Below are positions 58,062 to 64,000 of a DNA stretch of 64,000 nt, in pieces. This DNA comes from Candidatus Altiarchaeales archaeon (lineage in GTDB: Archaea; Altiarchaeota; Altiarchaeia; IMC4; SCGC-AAA252-I15), in the NCBI GenBank assembly GCA_014727915.1, contig WJMO01000008.1, positions 1 through 64,000 of the forward strand, read 5' to 3'. The translations under genes were made by a program, and so were the position numbers. The notes under the pieces were generated by a model. That model searched no databases, was not told the origin of the DNA, and worked only from the letters and a program-made list of their open reading frames with translations. Position 1 is the first letter of the stretch. Every line of letters begins with the position of its first letter.

Positions 58062-58712
58062 CTACCAGTCCCTCGCAAGGTATTCGTCCTCCGAGTTCCC
58101 CTGGTAGGTGGGCTCATCCCTCCAATACTCGATGATCTCCAGCATGTCCTTGCCTGCACCCATCTCCCTGAGAGCCTTTTCCTGGTAGTTCAAACAATTC
58201 CGCTCGGCCTCCGCACCACGGTAGGTCTCACGGTCGGTGTCAAGCCTGCCAGCAGCCACGTCCTCCCTGTATAAACCAGCGTGCTTGCTGTCATGTGCTA
58301 TGCACCCGGCATACCATAGGGGATCGTCAGACCACGTCTTGCGCCCCACGTTGAATATGAACTGGGAGCCTACGACCTGCATGGCAGACCTCGCACCCTC
58401 GTTTATCAAATCGAGATTGTCCCGAACCTCATCGAACACCGAGGTCTTGCTGAGCAACTCCAACGCGGCCCGAGTCCTCTTCCGGAAACGACCGCTCCCA
58501 TAGACTTTGAAGCCATGCATCTCCTCTGTCCGCGTCAGCGACGCGATCTCGAAGACATCGCCTGTCTCTCTGAGGGTAGACCCCAACTCAGAGAAATAAC
58601 CTCTCACTGCGGCGGGAACCAACACGCCCAAGGCACCGCCAAAACGCTTCAAAACAGGGAAACTGCCAACATCCTCCCGCTCCCCGCCACCCTCAACAAC
58701 CCTATGGGCCAT
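58062..58712 (-). CDS. Orphan protein with a zincin-like HDxxH motif
   Basis: YAGCIAHDSKH followed by AEAERNCLNYQ. Confidence 0.6.
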   Translation of the reverse strand: MAHRVVEGGGEREDVGSFPVLKRFGGALGVLVPAAVRGYFSELGSTLRETGDVFEIASLTRTEEMHGFKVYGSGRFRKRTRAALELLSKTSVFDEVRDNLDLINEGARSAMQVVGSQFIFNVGRKTWSDDPLWYAGCIAHDSKHAGLYREDVAAGRLDTDRETYRGAEAERNCLNYQEKALREMGAGKDMLEIIEYWRDEPTYQGNSEDEYLARDW

Positions 58713-58796
58713 CCTACATACAATAGAGGGAAGAACCCGAATAAGTATGAAAAACCGGATAATCTGGTTTAAAAGCCAGTAATGACAGAGTCTAAT

Positions 58797-59504
58797 ATGA
58801 GAAAGTACGCCACGGACCAGGGACAGAACCCAACCCTAAACCCGGCCGTAAGGAGATACCAAACCCCCAAACAAGAGCCGGCGGAGATAGCACCCTTACA
58901 GCAAGACCCAGATGCTTGGGCTGAAGGGTTGGGCCAGGGCGAAATCCCATTGAAAAGCCAGGAACACGGAAGTTTCAAGTTCCCATCAGTAAATGAGAAG
59001 GGAGTTTTCCAGGGAGCCTACAGCCTAAGATACCCCGACGGCAGGGGCCGGATCGTTGTCCTAAGAACCACGACAAACAAGGATATTGACACAGACGTGT
59101 CAGTCTACGACGTAGACCCGGCCGCGAGAGAGGAAAGAAAAGAAAGACTCGGCAGATTCTACAGGGTAATCGCAGTAGGGGGCACGTCACAGCTATACCT
59201 TGAGGATAGAGGCGATAAAATGGGCTGCTCCGGCATGGCAGGCGAAGCCACTAGGATACTGGAAGAGGACGCGGTAACAAAGGGAACGAATCATATGCGG
59301 GTTCTGGCAGAGGACAGATACATCGCCATGCTCCAGTCCAGGGGATTCTCCCTTGAAGACACGACACCCACCACAAAGGGGAAGAGGCTGATGACAAAAA
59401 CCCTTGAGGAGACGGGCGGGACTGACGTGGGCACACACCACAACTTCAGGGTCATGACAGGCGACGGCGAACATATGATAACAAAGGCAATAGCGGGAAA
59501 GTGA
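58797..59504 (+). CDS. Orphan protein with a possible GNAT-like C-terminal domain
   Basis: GCSGMAGEATRILEEDAVTKG..MRVLA....MLQSRGF. Confidence 0.55.
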   Translation: MRKYATDQGQNPTLNPAVRRYQTPKQEPAEIAPLQQDPDAWAEGLGQGEIPLKSQEHGSFKFPSVNEKGVFQGAYSLRYPDGRGRIVVLRTTTNKDIDTDVSVYDVDPAAREERKERLGRFYRVIAVGGTSQLYLEDRGDKMGCSGMAGEATRILEEDAVTKGTNHMRVLAEDRYIAMLQSRGFSLEDTTPTTKGKRLMTKTLEETGGTDVGTHHNFRVMTGDGEHMITKAIAGK

Positions 59505-59564
59505 GCCGTATTATTAATAAACCCTTATTCCATTATCTCAACCCCTTCAATAATCAGGAACAAG

Positions 59565-60779
59565 ATGAATGGAGTGGTTGAGGGCGCTGCCGCAGGCGCG
59601 GTTGCCGAGGGTTTCGTTACGACCCCCGAGTTCCAGATGAGCCTCCTCCTATTCGTCTCGCTTCTCGGATACATAGTGGCATCGAGGATAAACCAAAGCG
59701 TAGTAATAGGGGAGATCATCGTAGGCCTTCTGATAGGGCCCAGCCTGCTGGGTTGGATAACATACACCGACTTCGTGGAATCTCTAGCCCACCTGGGAGC
59801 AGTGATATTGCTGTTCGTCATCGGGTTGGAGTTCAAGCTCTCCGGGATATACAAGCCGAAATACATAGTAATCGCATTAGCAGGAGTCATAATACCCTGG
59901 ATAGGCGGATACTATGTGGCAGAGTTGTTCGGGTTCGACTTCAAAGGTGCCGTGTTCGTCGGCACAGCCATGACCGCCACCTCAATAGCCATCACAGCCA
60001 ACGTGCTGAAGGAGATGGGGAAGCTGAAGACTAACGCGGCGGAGGCCATAATAGGCGCAGCCGTCATCGACGACATCCTCGGCCTGGTCGCCCTGGCAAT
60101 CTCCAACCAGGTCGTCCAGGGAGAGGTATCATTGCTCGTGGACGTGATGATACTGTTGAAGGCGGTTGGATTCCTGGCTGTGGGAGCGTGGCTTGGCCAC
60201 ACATACCTGCGGACGATAATAATCGACATGGACGAAAGCGACTTCGGCAAGCAATACCCTGAGTTCGTGTTCATAGTGGCCATGATGATAGCGTTCCTGT
60301 ACAGCATGGCAGCCGAGTACATGGGCCTGTCAGCCATAGTCGGAGCCTTCCTAGCGGGAGTCAGCCTCGAAGGAATAAAATTGAAGCACAGCAAGGACTT
60401 CCAAGACGGCGCCGAGTACCTGCACATAATATTCGCAGCAATATTCTTCGTATCCCTAGGAATATTGGTTGACGCCCACCAGGTAACAGGCGAGATAATA
60501 TTCTTCACGCTGGTGCTGTCTGTCGTGGCGGTGATCACGAAGGTCTTGGGGTGCTACCTGGCAGCTATAGCCCAGAAGATACCGAAACACGACAGCCTCG
60601 TCATCGGATTCGGAATGTCGCCCCGGGGCGAGGTGGCGATGATCGTCGGCCTTATAGGCCTGACCGCGGGCATAATAGACCAAGGCCTGTATGTGGCGAT
60701 AATATTCATGAGCCTGCTCACAACCGTCCTAACCCCGATCGTATTGAGGAACTGGCTCTACAAGGAGTCTACGACTTAG
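59565..60779 (+). CDS. Cation:proton antiporter (CPA2/KefB-like)
   Basis: GEIIVGLLIGP, LLFVIGLE, ATSIAIT, AAVIDDILG, PRGEVA. Confidence 0.92.
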   Translation: MNGVVEGAAAGAVAEGFVTTPEFQMSLLLFVSLLGYIVASRINQSVVIGEIIVGLLIGPSLLGWITYTDFVESLAHLGAVILLFVIGLEFKLSGIYKPKYIVIALAGVIIPWIGGYYVAELFGFDFKGAVFVGTAMTATSIAITANVLKEMGKLKTNAAEAIIGAAVIDDILGLVALAISNQVVQGEVSLLVDVMILLKAVGFLAVGAWLGHTYLRTIIIDMDESDFGKQYPEFVFIVAMMIAFLYSMAAEYMGLSAIVGAFLAGVSLEGIKLKHSKDFQDGAEYLHIIFAAIFFVSLGILVDAHQVTGEIIFFTLVLSVVAVITKVLGCYLAAIAQKIPKHDSLVIGFGMSPRGEVAMIVGLIGLTAGIIDQGLYVAIIFMSLLTTVLTPIVLRNWLYKESTT

Positions 60780-61296
60780 GCAACGTTATGTTACCCCGCC
60801 TCGCCTGCTCACCTATGAAGGCCTCCAATCTCATGAACACTGCGCGTGGGTTCGATTCCTCGACTTCCAGGCTCCGTGAACTGAGATTCTTTAGTCTCTC
60901 CTCTCTCTGGCGCCCCAGCACAAACGGAGATTCCACTGGCCTGTCACGTTCCTCCTTGCGCATACCATAAACTCTGTCGCTGCCGAAGTATTCCTCGCTG
61001 GCCGCGGTCTGGACCGACCTCTTGGCCGGCCCGTAGTACAACATCACAAGAGGTGTGAGCGCCTCCCTAGCATCTTCTGTCAGAGTACCGTCAGGGTTGC
61101 ACCTGTTCGTTGCAAAGGACTGGACGACCTCCTCCGGCCCATATTCCCTGCCCTTGCCTATCTGAAGGCCCGAACCCATGAGGAGGGTGTCCCTGTCAAT
61201 CTGGGACAGGCCTGCATACTCCTCCTCAAGGGATTTTGAGAGGCTAACGCCAGGATCCGCGCCTGGTTCCTGACCGCTCCTATTCCGCTCCACCAT
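60769..61296 (-). CDS. Hypothetical orphan protein
   Basis: ATG at 61296 with ATATATT upstream; stop overlaps the antiporter end. Confidence 0.6.
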   Translation of the reverse strand: MVERNRSGQEPGADPGVSLSKSLEEEYAGLSQIDRDTLLMGSGLQIGKGREYGPEEVVQSFATNRCNPDGTLTEDAREALTPLVMLYYGPAKRSVQTAASEEYFGSDRVYGMRKEERDRPVESPFVLGRQREERLKNLSSRSLEVEESNPRAVFMRLEAFIGEQARRGNITLPKS

Positions 61297-61386
61297 CACT
61301 GTAATAGAGATAGTGAAGGCATTGAATATATCAGTTTTCCCCTGCTCACCCACGTCTTTTTTCCATGTACTACATATGATTGGCTG

Positions 61387-63438
61387 ATGCTCGTGGAAGA
61401 CCTCCAGGTTGCGGGAGAGTTCAGGGACATGCTCAAGGGCATCGGAGTCAGCGAGCTCTACCCCCCGCAGAAGCTGTCCGTGGAAGCGGGAGCCATGGAA
61501 GGCAGGAACATAATACTATGCACGCCAACCGCCTCGGGGAAGACCATAGCCGCCGAGCTCGCCATGATGAAGGCTCTGGAGAAGGGGCGGAAGGTAGTGT
61601 ACATCGTGCCCTTGAGGGCGCTAGCCTACGAGAAGAGCATGGAATTCCGGAAGTACGAGCGGCTGGGGTACCGCGTCAAGCTGGAGGTTGGCGACCTGGA
61701 CAGCAGCAAATACAAGAAAGCCCCGGAATTCGACATAATCGTCGCGACCGCCGAGAAATGCGACAGCATACTCCGGAGCAAACCCGAATGGTTCAAGGGA
61801 ACAGGTTGCGTGGTATTCGACGAGATCCACCTCATCGCATCCGACCGTGGGCCTGTGTATGAGGTGCTATGCAGCAGGTTCCGGAACCTCTACCCTGACG
61901 TGCAGGTCCTCGGGCTGTCAGCGACCATCGGCAACGCGGACGAGCTCGGCGACTGGCTGAACGCCGAGGTGGTGATGTCGGAGTGGAGGCCCGTCGACCT
62001 GACGGAGATGGTCGTTGTGAAATCCGATGAGGACCTCGTTAGCGTGGTCCGGAACGCTTTGAAGGGCGGGCAAGCCATGGTATTCGTCAACTCGCGCAGG
62101 AGCGCCGAGGCAGTGGCCGAACGGCTGGGCATCGCATTGAAGCTGGAGGTTGATAACACCGGCTTGGCTGGCGAGATCGAATCAGCGATCAACCCGCCCA
62201 CAAGACAGTGCAGCCGGCTGGCATCCTGCGCAGTCAAGGGCACCGCATTCCACCACGCGGGACTGGTGAACAAGCAGAGGGCCGCAGTAGAAGAAGCCTT
62301 CAAAAAAGGCGATATCAAGGTCATAGCCGCCACGCCAACACTCGCGGCAGGCGTCAACCTCCCCTCGAGGACGGTGGTATTGAGGGACGTGAAGAGATAC
62401 ACCAACACGGGCATGGACTACATAGACGTCCTCGAGTACAAGCAGATGGTCGGGCGCGCAGGCAGGCCACGCTATGACGACCGGGGCATCGCGATAACAA
62501 TGGCCAAGGACGAAGACGAGGCGGAATACATAGAAGAGCACTACATCCACGGGAAGCCCGAGCACATCTACAGCCAGCTGGGAGTGCACCCCGTCCTTCG
62601 TTTCCACACGCTCGCCTCCATCGCCTCAGGGTTCACACGCACACAGGATGCTCTGATAGAGTTCATAAGGTCCACGTTCTTCGGCCACCAGTACGGGGTC
62701 AAGGCGGATTTGGAGGCCCTGCTGAGACAGGTGGCGGGGGAGCTCATCGAGTGGAACTTCATAAGGGAGGAGGGGAGGTTCCTCCACCCCACAGAACTTG
62801 GCAAACGGGTTAGCGAATTGTACATCGACCCGCTGACGGCGCACAACTACCTCGACCTGTTCAAGACAGCCGAAGACGAGGAGAGGATGGAACCGCTCGG
62901 GCTGTTGGAGATCATGTGCGATGCGGTCGAGATAACAAAACTTCCGATAAGGAGCAAGGAAGAGAGCAAGCTGTGGGAGAAGGCCTACGAGGTGGAGGAC
63001 CAGCTTGTCAGGGACCTGGGCGGCTTCGGATTGGACTATGACTTCCTGAACAGGTTCAAGACCGCCCTGCTTTTCGAGGACTGGATAGGGGAGAAGACCG
63101 AAGACGAGATACTGGAGGAGTACGGGGTGGCGCCGGGGCAGCTTAACATGCGCTTGCAGAACATGGAATGGCTATGCTACGCAGCCGCCGAACTAACGAG
63201 GCTAACCGACCTTCGAAGGGCTCAGGTGAGGTTGAAGAAGCTGGAGACCAGGATCAAATACGGCGTACAGGAAGACCTCGTACCCCTCGTGAGCATAAAG
63301 GGCATAGGCCGGGTGAGAGCGCGCAAACTGTACAGGGCAGGGATAAAGACGGTGTTGCAGGTGAAGAAGACCCACGAGGACGAGCTAGGCAAGATAATAG
63401 GCAAGAAAGTAGCGAGGAACATCAAGGAAAGCCTATAA
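61387..63438 (+). CDS. hel308: Ski2-like helicase Hel308/Hjm
   Basis: PTASGKT, DEIH, LSATIGN, TLAAGVNLP, QMVGRAGRP, IKGIGRVRARKL. Confidence 0.95.
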   Translation: MLVEDLQVAGEFRDMLKGIGVSELYPPQKLSVEAGAMEGRNIILCTPTASGKTIAAELAMMKALEKGRKVVYIVPLRALAYEKSMEFRKYERLGYRVKLEVGDLDSSKYKKAPEFDIIVATAEKCDSILRSKPEWFKGTGCVVFDEIHLIASDRGPVYEVLCSRFRNLYPDVQVLGLSATIGNADELGDWLNAEVVMSEWRPVDLTEMVVVKSDEDLVSVVRNALKGGQAMVFVNSRRSAEAVAERLGIALKLEVDNTGLAGEIESAINPPTRQCSRLASCAVKGTAFHHAGLVNKQRAAVEEAFKKGDIKVIAATPTLAAGVNLPSRTVVLRDVKRYTNTGMDYIDVLEYKQMVGRAGRPRYDDRGIAITMAKDEDEAEYIEEHYIHGKPEHIYSQLGVHPVLRFHTLASIASGFTRTQDALIEFIRSTFFGHQYGVKADLEALLRQVAGELIEWNFIREEGRFLHPTELGKRVSELYIDPLTAHNYLDLFKTAEDEERMEPLGLLEIMCDAVEITKLPIRSKEESKLWEKAYEVEDQLVRDLGGFGLDYDFLNRFKTALLFEDWIGEKTEDEILEEYGVAPGQLNMRLQNMEWLCYAAAELTRLTDLRRAQVRLKKLETRIKYGVQEDLVPLVSIKGIGRVRARKLYRAGIKTVLQVKKTHEDELGKIIGKKVARNIKESL

Positions 63439-63461
63439 TATATTTACATAATAACTTTACG

Positions 63462-64000
63462 ATGGAGCCGCTCGCCCACTACATGCTGCCGGTGGTGTTC
63501 ATGCTCGCCTTCAACCCCAGAACAGACAGGAGGACTGTGTTGAAGTACTCGCCGTTGGCGGTCCTCCCGGACATCGACTTCTTCTTCGGCCATGCGATAC
63601 TGCACAACATATTCGCACCAGCACTGATAGGGGTTGTCGTGTATCATGTGACAAAGAAGAACAGGGAGGCCCTGCTGCTCTCGCTGTTCTTCCTATACAG
63701 CCACCTCATACTCGACCTAGGGTTCGTCGCCCTACTCTACCCGGCTAAGGCGAACGTTATCTCCCTTGACTTCAACATCTACACGAGCCCCGGGATGGCC
63801 AGGAACATGTGGGGGATGATAACAGGGGAGACTGCCATGCACGAGAGCATATTGAAGGCCGACAACCGCATCCGGGCAGAACCCATCGAAGCGGCAGAGA
63901 ACGCGCCCATGTCTCCGGTGTTCACCCAACTCAGCCTCATGCTCATACTACTTGCACTGCTAACCCTGGCCTTCAAACAATTCAAGGGAAAACACAGATA
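63462..64000 (+). CDS. YdjM-like membrane metal-dependent hydrolase (runs off the window; absent from the ORF track)
   Basis: Translated by hand: MEPLAHY, LPDIDF, HAILHNIF, SHLILD. Confidence 0.8.
   Translation, partial: MEPLAHYMLPVVFMLAFNPRTDRRTVLKYSPLAVLPDIDFFFGHAILHNIFAPALIGVVVYHVTKKNREALLLSLFFLYSHLILDLGFVALLYPAKANVISLDFNIYTSPGMARNMWGMITGETAMHESILKADNRIRAEPIEAAENAPMSPVFTQLSLMLILLALLTLAFKQFKGKHR

Noticed and set aside
50141-63438. Inteins in rfcL or hel308
   Set aside because: Normal lengths; no intein splice-junction or LAGLIDADG motifs seen

Overview
Gene-dense archaeal chromosomal window. Evidence: intron-containing tRNA-Leu, archaeosine TGT, RFC-L, Hel308, type II MetAP, archaeal PheS. 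Thr-rich, Cys-rich surface proteins suggest a DPANN/Altiarchaeota-like lineage (inference). Most of the window is housekeeping (pheS, serS, gatA, tgtA, rsmA, pdxS/T, sufCB-like SMS, pgk, ino1, tmk, rtcA, map, class II HMG-CoA reductase). The accessory signal is as follows. (1) A repeat-structured non-coding region at 1-618. (2) An AT-rich, integrase-less 2.5-kb islet at the tRNA-Leu 3' end, bounded by a 13-bp direct repeat and carrying a GT2-HAD fusion and a radical SAM gene. (3) A surface-protein cluster with a membrane-tethered wHTH, a 9-10-repeat propeller adhesin and an apparently catalytically dead P1/PLC-fold protein. (4) About nine scattered stand-alone orphans with similar disordered, signal-less N-termini. 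(5) A 'ghost' copy of the ino1 3' end that differs only at wobble positions, next to a three-hairpin element. (6) A histone-H1-like Lys-rich/8-Cys protein. No CRISPR array, integrase, transposase, intein or rRNA was seen. All product calls come from motif recognition by eye, not database searches.
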